This document shows positions 8,492-15,220 of a stretch of 20,000 bases of DNA, piece by piece. A program made the translations under genes and the position numbers. Each line of letters starts with the position of its first letter. Within the stretch, counting starts at the first letter, position 1. This DNA comes from an uncultured virus (IMG/VR IMGVR_UViG_3300023117_000015) (lineage: Duplodnaviria; Heunggongvirae; Uroviricota; Caudoviricetes), in the IMG/VR virus record IMGVR_UViG_3300023117_000015. One strand, written 5' to 3'. The notes under the pieces were generated by a model. That model saw only the letters and a program-made list of their open reading frames with translations. It made no database searches and was not told the origin of the DNA.

Positions 8492-8755
8492 TCACCCCTT
8501 AGTTATTATGCACGATCCATTGAAACAATCTTGAAATAAAAGTGTATCCCCAATATCCCAACCCATCTGGTTCATTATTTCTATAGGAATAGGCAAAATT
8601 AAATTATCATCTTCGTCAGTTTCAAGAGTCACTACAAAACTTGATTTTTTATTTTCTTCTTTTTCCATCCTCAACATATACTCATGATATCTTTCTTGTT
8701 TCAAGTGTTCACCATATTCTTTGATTTGGGCCCTGTCTGTGTTTTTATTAACCAC
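8492..8755 (-). CDS. AbrB/MazE/SpoVT-like swapped-hairpin DNA-binding protein
   Basis: C-terminal LILPIPIEIMNQMGWDIGDTLLF pattern. Confidence 0.6.
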   Translation of the reverse strand: MVNKNTDRAQIKEYGEHLKQERYHEYMLRMEKEENKKSSFVVTLETDEDDNLILPIPIEIMNQMGWDIGDTLLFQDCFNGSCIITKG

Positions 8756-8978
8756 TTACATATACTCCTTTTGGGCGATAAAAGTGTTTTTGATTATGTA
8801 TCTTTCCTTGCAGTTCTCTAATAACTTTAATCTCTGCCTCTATTGCATCTACACTTGATTGTTTTTCAACTAACGCAATTCTTTTATTTAGTCTACCAAG
8901 TCTATATGATAGTGCATGTTCAATCCAATGAATATCATCAACATCAAAAGACCATCCATCAATTTTCGGTTTATTCAT
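8748..8978 (-). CDS. Hypothetical protein
   Basis: Overlaps both neighbours in the operon. Confidence 0.7.
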   Translation of the reverse strand: MNKPKIDGWSFDVDDIHWIEHALSYRLGRLNKRIALVEKQSSVDAIEAEIKVIRELQGKIHNQKHFYRPKGVYVSG

Positions 8979-9234
8979 TTATCAACCTACTCCATTTTTT
9001 AAGTTTGTTTCTTTTGCATTCAATTCTTTCTTCACATTCGACCCAACTAAACATATCCCATTCATGAGCGAGATTAATCATAGCCATCACATCTCCAAGT
9101 TCATCTTTAAATTCTTTTCTATCATAGTCGCCTTTGCGAATACATTTAGAACACTCTTGGATTAATTCACCACATTCTTCCATAAGAATGATTAGTAACT
9201 CATCTCTTTCGTCTTTGAATTGTTTGATATTCAC
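8971..9234 (-). CDS. MazG-like nucleotide pyrophosphohydrolase
   Basis: MEECGELIQ...DELGDV (EXXE...EXXD). Confidence 0.75.
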   Translation of the reverse strand: MNIKQFKDERDELLIILMEECGELIQECSKCIRKGDYDRKEFKDELGDVMAMINLAHEWDMFSWVECEERIECKRNKLKKWSRLINE

Positions 9235-9404
9235 TTTAACCCCAAGTCCATCTGAACAAGAATCATCGTATCATCAACTTTTACTGCAACATACGTGTTT
9301 GATTGTTGAACACCTAATTGCTTATAATCTTGGTTCCCACCTTCATACAAACGAATGTTTCCATCTGTGTCTGTGTACCATTCTGGTTTACTTCTTCTAT
9401 CCAT
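9231..9404 (-). CDS. Small hypothetical protein
   Basis: GGAGA RBS before MDRRSK; directly 3' of tRNA-Pro. Confidence 0.6.
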   Translation of the reverse strand: MDRRSKPEWYTDTDGNIRLYEGGNQDYKQLGVQQSNTYVAVKVDDTMILVQMDLGLK

Positions 9405-9419
9405 CAATATCTCCATTAT

Positions 9420-9496
9420 TGGTCGGAGTGGCAGGATTCGAACCTACGACCCCTTGTACCCAAAACAAGTGCGCTACCAGACTGCGCTACACTCCG
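9420..9496 (-). tRNA. tRNA-Pro(TGG)
   Basis: CGGAGTG acceptor stem, anticodon loop TTTGGGT, GTTCGAATC T-loop, encoded CCA. Confidence 0.97.
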
Positions 9497-9502
9497 TTTA
9501 TA

Positions 9503-9654
9503 ATGTGTGGGTAGGATTACCGATTACCTACATCTACTCGCACTGAGCGCTCTGGCTAACTCACTTTCAAACTACACTGCATCCGCTAAGACAGGGAGCT
9601 ACCCTCTTCGTGTATACCTTAGTGGCACGCTTACCACTTATTCAGTCACCACAT
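9503..9654 (-). ncRNA. Structured non-coding RNA resembling the manA RNA motif
   Basis: GC-richer intergenic stretch with terminal GUGG/CCAC pairing, CUGAAUAA, AGUGG/CCACU hairpin, GUAGG/CCUAC 3' hairpin and two possible pseudoknots; directly 5' of a tRNA. The family resemblance is from memory. Confidence 0.6.
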
Positions 9655-9683
9655 TTCAATCCGTCGATTGAAATTCTTTATAT

Positions 9684-9712
9684 AAGATATCCTATTCTTC
9701 CAATTTTGTCAA
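9684..9712 (-). promoter_or_regulatory. Sigma70-like promoter TTGACA-N17-TATCTT driving the ncRNA-tRNA unit
   Basis: Consensus match followed by a 9-bp hairpin at 9653-9674. Confidence 0.65.
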
Positions 9713-9901
9713 GCGGGTTTCTAGAACTTTTTTATATTCTTCTTCAAAACCCTCCAACCAAATTTCCATATCTTCGCCCTCAAAATCATACCACACTCTT
9801 TTAAAATATCCATTAGCGGAATCCATTATAGTATTGTGTGGCGCATTTAGGTGTCCCTTGACCAACCAAAACAGACGATATGATTCTTTAATTGAAAGTA
9901 T
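9692..9901 (-). CDS. Small hypothetical protein missing from the ORF track, possible AUA start
   Basis: Open frame ILSIKESYRLFWLVKGHL...MDSANGYFKRVW...TKLEE*; AGGAGA 6 nt before the ATA; first ATG only at 9826. Confidence 0.55.
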   Translation of the reverse strand: MLSIKESYRLFWLVKGHLNAPHNTIMDSANGYFKRVWYDFEGEDMEIWLEGFEEEYKKVLETRLTKLEE

Positions 9902-10361
9902 AAGTTGTCTCCTGATAAAGTGTAATAGTATTACCAGGCCGAGAATTCATTGTCAATGTGATAGTTTCATTACCATACTTGGCGGTAACTACATAACCAG
10001 TTATTTTATTTACATAAGTATTTGTGTATTGTGTCTCGCATCTTTGTTGCGTAGTATATCCTGTAGTTGTATTATTTTGTGTGAGTAACCCACCAATTAC
10101 TGCACCGGCGGCTGCACCCCTATCACTATTTGTTGTTGTACCGCCAATGAGTCCACCAATAATCATATTGGTCAAAACATTTCCTTGATTTGATTGTTGA
10201 ATTGGAACTGATACATTATGACAAACTCTATGTGGAGTTGACTCCGCGAAAGATCTGTATACAGGTTCGATTGATACTACTTTTGCAGTTATGTATTGTC
10301 CAGCAAAAACTGGACTACACATAACTAAGGATAAAGCGGCAAGTTTTATTTTACCTAACAT
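9888..10361 (-). CDS. Exported glycine-zipper 2TM protein (YcfJ-like)
   Basis: Signal peptide; AKVVSIEP...C; GGLIGG...GAAAGAVIGG; RCET...ITGYVVT..Y. Confidence 0.8.
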   Translation of the reverse strand: MLGKIKLAALSLVMCSPVFAGQYITAKVVSIEPVYRSFAESTPHRVCHNVSVPIQQSNQGNVLTNMIIGGLIGGTTTNSDRGAAAGAVIGGLLTQNNTTTGYTTQQRCETQYTNTYVNKITGYVVTAKYGNETITLTMNSRPGNTITLYQETTYTFN

Positions 10362-10379
10362 TTATGTCTCCTATTTTTT

Positions 10380-10414
10380 ACGACTACTTCTGTTTCTAAG
10401 TGAGCCGTCAACTC
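10380..10414 (-). repeat. Second copy of the tmRNA 3'-terminal stem-loop (28/35 identical to 10812-10846)
   Basis: GAGUUGACGGCUCACUUAGAAACAGAAGUAGUCGU vs GAGUUGGCGACUUACUUGGCAACAGAAAUAGUCGC. Confidence 0.8.
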
Positions 10415-10422
10415 ACCACTAT

Positions 10423-10776
10423 TTAGAAAGTAAATGATGCACCAATCGTTACATCACCAATTTCCCACTCATCATTAGTTGTGGTCTTTGTATAAGCTTC
10501 CAGACCATCTACCCACTTTACAGGCACAGTGATTTTATAATCCATTCCTGTAAATTCAATATTTTCAATATCAAATGTTTGGGGCCCAACTTCTACAACA
10601 CCAAGACCAAAGTCCCAAGAAGCGTCCAAATCCCATGTAAATACATTTACATCAGTTTCTAGATTTCTTTCGGCGGTGATCTCATTATCGATAGAAAGAC
10701 CATTACCCAATTCCCAAGCGTTCGCCGCAGTTGACAAACCAAGTGCAATTGCACCAGTCAAAATTAAACTTTTCAT
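10423..10776 (-). CDS. Small outer-membrane beta-barrel/porin-like protein
   Basis: Signal peptide ending AANA, amphipathic beta strands, C-terminal IGASFTF (BAM-type terminal Phe). Confidence 0.7.
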   Translation of the reverse strand: MKSLILTGAIALGLSTAANAWELGNGLSIDNEITAERNLETDVNVFTWDLDASWDFGLGVVEVGPQTFDIENIEFTGMDYKITVPVKWVDGLEAYTKTTTNDEWEIGDVTIGASFTF

Positions 10777-10809
10777 TTATTGATTTCCTTGTTTTATTAT
10801 AGTTTTAAA

Positions 10810-11135
10810 ATGCGACTATTTCTGTTGCCAAGTAAGTCGCCAACTCCGTTAGAATCAAGCTGCTAGAGCTGTCTCTACAGGTGCAAAATTATCGTTTGCA
10901 TTTAGTTTTGTTGACCGAATAACGTAGGTCATCACGGCAATCTACTCTCATCTCTACTCACCTGTCGATCCTAGTTCGCCCCCATCATAAATGCACTAAC
11001 TTCAGTCTCCCATACGGGCAACCTATGTTCTGCATAACTTCCTGATGCAGCAGGACGTAGTGCATTTATGGTGGAGGCGTTGGGTACTGCCCCCAAGTCC
11101 AGTATGTGTGTCGAATCGTATCAATGATTACGATT
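10810..11135 (-). ncRNA. ssrA: Circularly permuted two-piece tmRNA of alphaproteobacterial type
   Basis: Acceptor piece UUGGG-GGCAGUA-CCCAA-CGCCUCCACCA ends at 11069. Coding piece starts GGGGGCGAA at 10983. G3-U alanine identity pair. Tag ANDNFAPVETALAA* at 10899-10855. Outer ends are approximate. Confidence 0.95.
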
Positions 11136-11136
11136 T

Positions 11137-11167
11137 TATTTATACACTATATTGAATAAAATGTCAA
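11137..11167 (-). promoter_or_regulatory. Overlapping early (TTGACA-N17-TATAAA) and late (TATAAATA) promoter of the tmRNA
   Basis: TTGACA at 11162-11167; TATAAATA at 11137-11144. Confidence 0.75.
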
Positions 11168-11184
11168 TAGATTTTTTCTAAAAA

Positions 11185-11619
11185 TTAAGCAGTGACAATA
11201 TTATCACACCTGTTGTAAATTTCTGATTCTAAACTATGTGCTTCCGTTTCCCATGGCCGCAAATGATAATCCAAGTCAGTTGGAAAAACTTCTTTTTTCC
11301 AAACCATAGTTCTGCCAGTTGGTTGGGACAATTCTTTTCTGCAATATTGTCTAACGTGAATCATTTCGTGACACAAGGTCGTTGCAAAATCCTCTTTTGT
11401 CATACTACTATCAAGTCTGATAGTGAATTCTCTATCGTCTTCGTGCATAACATCGCCGCAAACTCCTTCATCTTCTAAAAGGTTTTTGTAGAGCTCGATG
11501 TTAACTACGACATTTTCCATTCTAGGAAATAAAACTTGTTTTGCAGCACTTGCAAATTTCTCCGCAAGTGCTCTTTTTGATTTTGTTGAACCGAAGATAT
11601 ATAATTCTAAGTCTCTCAT
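11185..11619 (-). CDS. Zincin-like (HEXXH) putative metallopeptidase
   Basis: TLCHEMIHVRQY...YHLRPWETEA. Confidence 0.75.
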   Translation of the reverse strand: MRDLELYIFGSTKSKRALAEKFASAAKQVLFPRMENVVVNIELYKNLLEDEGVCGDVMHEDDREFTIRLDSSMTKEDFATTLCHEMIHVRQYCRKELSQPTGRTMVWKKEVFPTDLDYHLRPWETEAHSLESEIYNRCDNIVTA

Positions 11620-11628
11620 TACAAGAAT

Positions 11629-11657
11629 ACTATAAACGAATCATTCGCCGTTGTCAA
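11629..11657 (-). promoter_or_regulatory. Sigma70-like early promoter TTGACA-N17-TATAGT
   Basis: Consensus match about 10 nt upstream of the ATG, implying a near-leaderless mRNA. Confidence 0.65.
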
Positions 11658-11883
11658 GCACTTTATTATTCTTTTTTATATATTTTAATGGCGAAAAATT
11701 ATCGGGATTGTATCCTTCGTTTTCTAATATTTTTCTAGCTCTAATCACTTCATATCTATGATACGAATCTTTACTGTCTTTCCATTCTCGCATTACTTTT
11801 TTCGCGTAGTTTATTTCATAGTAACTATATAATCCAAATGAATCAGCTTCGGCGGGATTATCTGGCCACCATTCTTCAGACAT
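11641..11883 (-). CDS. Hypothetical protein
   Basis: TAATG coupling to the endolysin stop. Confidence 0.6.
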   Translation of the reverse strand: MSEEWWPDNPAEADSFGLYSYYEINYAKKVMREWKDSKDSYHRYEVIRARKILENEGYNPDNFSPLKYIKKNNKVLDNGE

Positions 11884-12350
11884 TAACGCAACTCGAAATG
11901 TGGACCATCAATAAATGGTCTTTTGCCCTCACTGCGCCGCAAGTCTACATATGCATTCATAGCATCTTCCATAGAACCTGGCCAAGATCTAATGTCATCA
12001 ATATGCCACGCAGCACCCCAACGAATTTTTACACCGTGCTTTACTGCGGCGTTTTTCATTGCATCAGCGAGATCATCATAAACATTCAATTCCCAAACAC
12101 CTTGACCATCCACATAAGCCATCAGATCGACTGCATGTGAATATCCGTCTTCTTGAATGAGATGTTTTGATTTCATTGTTTGTGAGCGTCCAGACTCATA
12201 CAATTTTTTCTGCTCTTCTAGTGTACGAACTCCGTAAATAACTCCGAAGTCGACCTTGGTCGTTTCAATCGCCGAGCGCACGACTTGGACCATGTCTGGA
12301 TGTACACCTTCTAGTTTAGATAAAGATCTACTTGAAAGTTTAAATGCCAT
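11883..12350 (-). CDS. Endolysin, peptidase M15 family (L-Ala-D-Glu peptidase, T5-lysin-like)
   Basis: SRSLSKLEGVHPD, GVRTLEEQ, SKHL...HAVDL, RWG, DGPHFEL; late promoter upstream. Confidence 0.92.
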   Translation of the reverse strand: MAFKLSSRSLSKLEGVHPDMVQVVRSAIETTKVDFGVIYGVRTLEEQKKLYESGRSQTMKSKHLIQEDGYSHAVDLMAYVDGQGVWELNVYDDLADAMKNAAVKHGVKIRWGAAWHIDDIRSWPGSMEDAMNAYVDLRRSEGKRPFIDGPHFELR

Positions 12351-12394
12351 ATTATTATCCTCAATTTAGGCGAGAACATTATGTCCTCGCCGTT

Positions 12395-12402
12395 TATTTA
12401 TA
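12395..12402 (-). promoter_or_regulatory. T4-type late promoter TATAAATA for the endolysin, followed by an 11-bp hairpin (12369-12391)
   Basis: Exact consensus in an intergenic region. Confidence 0.75.
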
Positions 12403-12434
12403 TAATTAATTCACTTTAATTTTCTTATATTTCT

Positions 12435-12623
12435 CTAGAGATTTTTACGCAGTTTTTTCGCTTGCATCATGCATGCTTTTGCTTCTTCGTGCAATCCCTG
12501 TCTGGCTAGTGCTGATGCTGCTCTTGCATAACCAGAAATTTCACAAAATTTATAAAACCCAGACCAAACATTAGACGCCATAGAGGACATCTCATTTCTT
12601 AAATGAAATAAAGTATCTGTCAT
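12435..12623 (-). CDS. Small hypothetical protein coupled to the DUF1127 gene
   Basis: TAATG overlap; GYARAASALARQG motif. Confidence 0.7.
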   Translation of the reverse strand: MTDTLFHLRNEMSSMASNVWSGFYKFCEISGYARAASALARQGLHEEAKACMMQAKKLRKNL

Positions 12624-12868
12624 TATACCCATCCTCTTAAATTAGAATTTATCATATCTGCTCTGGCTCTAATATCTCTGAAATATTCTTCTCTAATGTC
12701 GTTATAATGTTTATCTGCAATGAAACGAATATCACCTCTGTTTATTCCAATATCTTCTAAATCTTTATCATTGAGTTTGCTCAACTCGACGATAGTATTT
12801 TTTCTACTACGAGTAGCCTCGTATCTATTTTGCCAATTTGAATATAATCTTACAAATGTCTCAAACAT
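12623..12868 (-). CDS. DUF1127 (YjiS-like) small protein
   Basis: ELSKLNDKDLEDIGINRGDI signature; GGAGA RBS. Confidence 0.85.
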   Translation of the reverse strand: MFETFVRLYSNWQNRYEATRSRKNTIVELSKLNDKDLEDIGINRGDIRFIADKHYNDIREEYFRDIRARADMINSNLRGWV

Positions 12869-12984
12869 TTTTTTTATTCTCCCAATGTGATAAATGTGTG
12901 TGTAAGTAATTATTACCTAATAATATATAGGAGAGAATGTTTGTCAAACACCCCCCTTTACCTCTGGTAAGAAGTAAAGGTCGT

Positions 12985-13001
12985 TATGCACTAAATGCAT
13001 A
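12985..13001. promoter_or_regulatory. Dyad TATGCA-N5-TGCATA (contains T-N11-A), candidate LysR-type operator
   Basis: Intergenic palindrome upstream of TTGACA (12942-12947) in front of the DUF1127 gene. Confidence 0.45.
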
Positions 13002-13006
13002 CCTAT

Positions 13007-13225
13007 TTAATTTTCATTAAAATCGAATTCCAATTGCTCGGGCTCTATTTCAACACCAAGATATCCTTGAGTGGAGTACATAAATCTTTGAAATTTTTCT
13101 ATTATATCTTCTATAGATTGAGAACCATCTATTTCCCATGTAATGTCTTCCGATATTATATAATCTTTTCTTACATAGTAATTAAAAGTATACTTAGACT
13201 CTACATTCATAATACTAAAATCCAT
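13007..13225 (-). CDS. Acidic hypothetical protein
   Basis: ORF on the coding strand. Confidence 0.6.
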   Translation of the reverse strand: MDFSIMNVESKYTFNYYVRKDYIISEDITWEIDGSQSIEDIIEKFQRFMYSTQGYLGVEIEPEQLEFDFNEN

Positions 13226-13243
13226 AATTTTCTATATAATGAA

Positions 13244-13312
13244 GGTGTAGAAGCTAAAGACTGTTAGAAAGTTGAGAGAGAAAAAACAGAACATTTCTTT
13301 AACTCCTACACC
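13244..13312 (-). ncRNA. Candidate small hairpin RNA or 5' leader with a pyrimidine-rich loop
   Basis: 17-bp stem whose two G-U pairs form only on the minus strand; starts just after the promoter at 13322-13350. Confidence 0.5.
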
Positions 13313-13321
13313 ATAAGAACT

Positions 13322-13350
13322 AATATATCATACAAAATATAATATGTCAA
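13322..13350 (-). promoter_or_regulatory. Sigma70-like early promoter TTGACA-N17-TATATT
   Basis: Intergenic consensus match. Confidence 0.7.
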
Positions 13351-13357
13351 TAGGTTT

Positions 13358-13774
13358 TTATTTCCAAAGGCCTATTTTTTTCCAACATTCATCAACTAGT
13401 TCATAGTAATTTTTATTAATTGACCAGATAATTTGTAGACATCCATATAACAACCAAACCCCACCTAACTCATTTAAAAACCTTCCCCACTTTTTTATGG
13501 ATGGTTTCATAGAAATGTATAGTTTTTGTACAGATTCGCCACGGCCAACGTAAAGAGCTTCCGCTTCTAGTAATTGCATTCTATATAAAATATCCTCTAA
13601 CGCACTACTAACATCATATTCTTCTTTAAATTCTTCCGGCGTGTCTTTAAAAAATGTTATTCTAACTTTATATCCTGTCACCACACCACTTAAAGTATTC
13701 GAAACCAATTCGATTTCGGGTTTTTGTGTCATTGCACTTTCTGCATTTTGCGATATAGAGTCTAAATTAACCAT
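13358..13774 (-). CDS. Hypothetical protein
   Basis: ORF in the operon. Confidence 0.65.
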   Translation of the reverse strand: MVNLDSISQNAESAMTQKPEIELVSNTLSGVVTGYKVRITFFKDTPEEFKEEYDVSSALEDILYRMQLLEAEALYVGRGESVQKLYISMKPSIKKWGRFLNELGGVWLLYGCLQIIWSINKNYYELVDECWKKIGLWK

Positions 13775-13777
13775 TTA

Positions 13778-14419
13778 TTACCTTGATTGCATTTCATATC
13801 TGTCGAACGTGCGGTGGGCAATCATATATTTCTGATTTACATCCAATCTTTGTATGAATCTAATATGCCATTCACCACTTTCTCTATAATATTTAGATTC
13901 CTCGATAAAATCTTGACGGCCATTATAAGATTCTTCACTACCCAAGTAGTCAAATTCTTTTTCTTGAGTGAAATGATAGTTTAATATATTAAATTTATTA
14001 GTTTTATTTACAAAATAATGTTTGTATGATGTTATAATATCATTTTGAGAATCATAAAAAAATCCAAACCCCTGATATTTGTATTCTTCTTCGTTTGGCA
14101 TCTCATAATTAAATGGATAATCAACTGCAAAAGGAAAAATAGTTGCATAACGACCATTAATATACATTCTATATACTCCAGTAGATATAGAATCTACATC
14201 AATTCCAAATTCTCCACCATCATAGATAAGTTCTATTAACCAATTTGAAAGTTTTACACCAGATAAAGTCATATATTCTTCTAAATAGTCAGAGTTTAAA
14301 GCAATTATATGAGATTTTACAGTAGTATTAATACCAAAAATATTTCTTTTTGTTCTTTTTGCAACACAAATCGATTTAATTTTTTCTTTTATCTGTTCCG
14401 GCACATTATAGTTGTCCAT
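13778..14419 (-). CDS. Hypothetical protein downstream of the tail-fibre module
   Basis: 213-aa ORF with GGAG RBS. Confidence 0.7.
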   Translation of the reverse strand: MDNYNVPEQIKEKIKSICVAKRTKRNIFGINTTVKSHIIALNSDYLEEYMTLSGVKLSNWLIELIYDGGEFGIDVDSISTGVYRMYINGRYATIFPFAVDYPFNYEMPNEEEYKYQGFGFFYDSQNDIITSYKHYFVNKTNKFNILNYHFTQEKEFDYLGSEESYNGRQDFIEESKYYRESGEWHIRFIQRLDVNQKYMIAHRTFDRYEMQSR

Positions 14420-14425
14420 TTTATA

Positions 14426-15220
14426 TTAAACTCCCTTCACAATCAAATTTCTTGGTGACAAAACATGCCTAATGATACGGCCATCATCATCATTTCTATA
14501 TATTCGGGCGGCCCATCTCAAACTTAACTCAGTTCCGTGTATATTAGGGTCAACCAAATAATTAAGTTCTGGCATGACAAATGGAGTATGTCCTGTTTTC
14601 ATATGAGAACCGCCTGTTCCCTGTTGAAAAAATATTAAATTATTATCTGCGCCCTCTAGTCGTAAACCCAAGTTTTGAATTCCACTACCATCTGGGTAAT
14701 TATATCCCTGTTCATCCCAATCACTTCTTATCATATCATTTGCGGCTGTTACAATAACTCTGGAAGGCCTTCCAGGCGGAATTGAAAAATAATAGGCAAC
14801 TTCATCCAATTGACTTACGTGAAAATAAGTTTTGTTTGTTTTTCCAACCAAACTGTTCCAATTACTTCGTGTACCTTCACGGGTTGGCCCGCCTAATTCT
14901 TCGCCCTTATATGGATCGTTTAGTCGATAAGTATATGCCCACCAGTAAGGGTGTGCATTATATGGTGCGTTTACTATGTAATCGGAAAAGTCGTCATAAT
15001 CTATTCTAGCTTCTTGTCCGTAAAAATCTGAAAAACTAATTGGGTTGGGATGAGTTGGAACACCAGACGCATATTGATTATCTGGAACATATATTGGATC
15101 TTGACCAGCATATCCGCCACGATAAAAATCGCCAAGGTTATGCGTAGCAGGTCTTGGTAGATGAAAAAATTCTCTACCAATTTCCGTTATAGCAAGTTTA
15201 CCCTCTAATTTTAACACCAT
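14426..15220 (-). CDS. Putative tail-fibre tip/adhesin-associated protein
   Basis: N-terminal G.LAI.EI..EF...LGDFYRGG...PISFSDFYG motif typical of small fibre-associated proteins; variable C-terminus. Confidence 0.6.
   Translation of the reverse strand: MVLKLEGKLAITEIGREFFHLPRPATHNLGDFYRGGYAGQDPIYVPDNQYASGVPTHPNPISFSDFYGQEARIDYDDFSDYIVNAPYNAHPYWWAYTYRLNDPYKGEELGGPTREGTRSNWNSLVGKTNKTYFHVSQLDEVAYYFSIPPGRPSRVIVTAANDMIRSDWDEQGYNYPDGSGIQNLGLRLEGADNNLIFFQQGTGGSHMKTGHTPFVMPELNYLVDPNIHGTELSLRWAARIYRNDDDGRIIRHVLSPRNLIVKGV

Noticed and set aside
8456..8497. Selenocysteine read-through at UGA (G-U-C-P)
   Set aside because: No recognisable bacterial SECIS, the extension is only 12 aa, and there is no redox fold
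8492..9234. mazE-mazF-mazG toxin-antitoxin operon
   Set aside because: AbrB-like and MazG-like genes are present but no MazF/PemK-like toxin is recognisable
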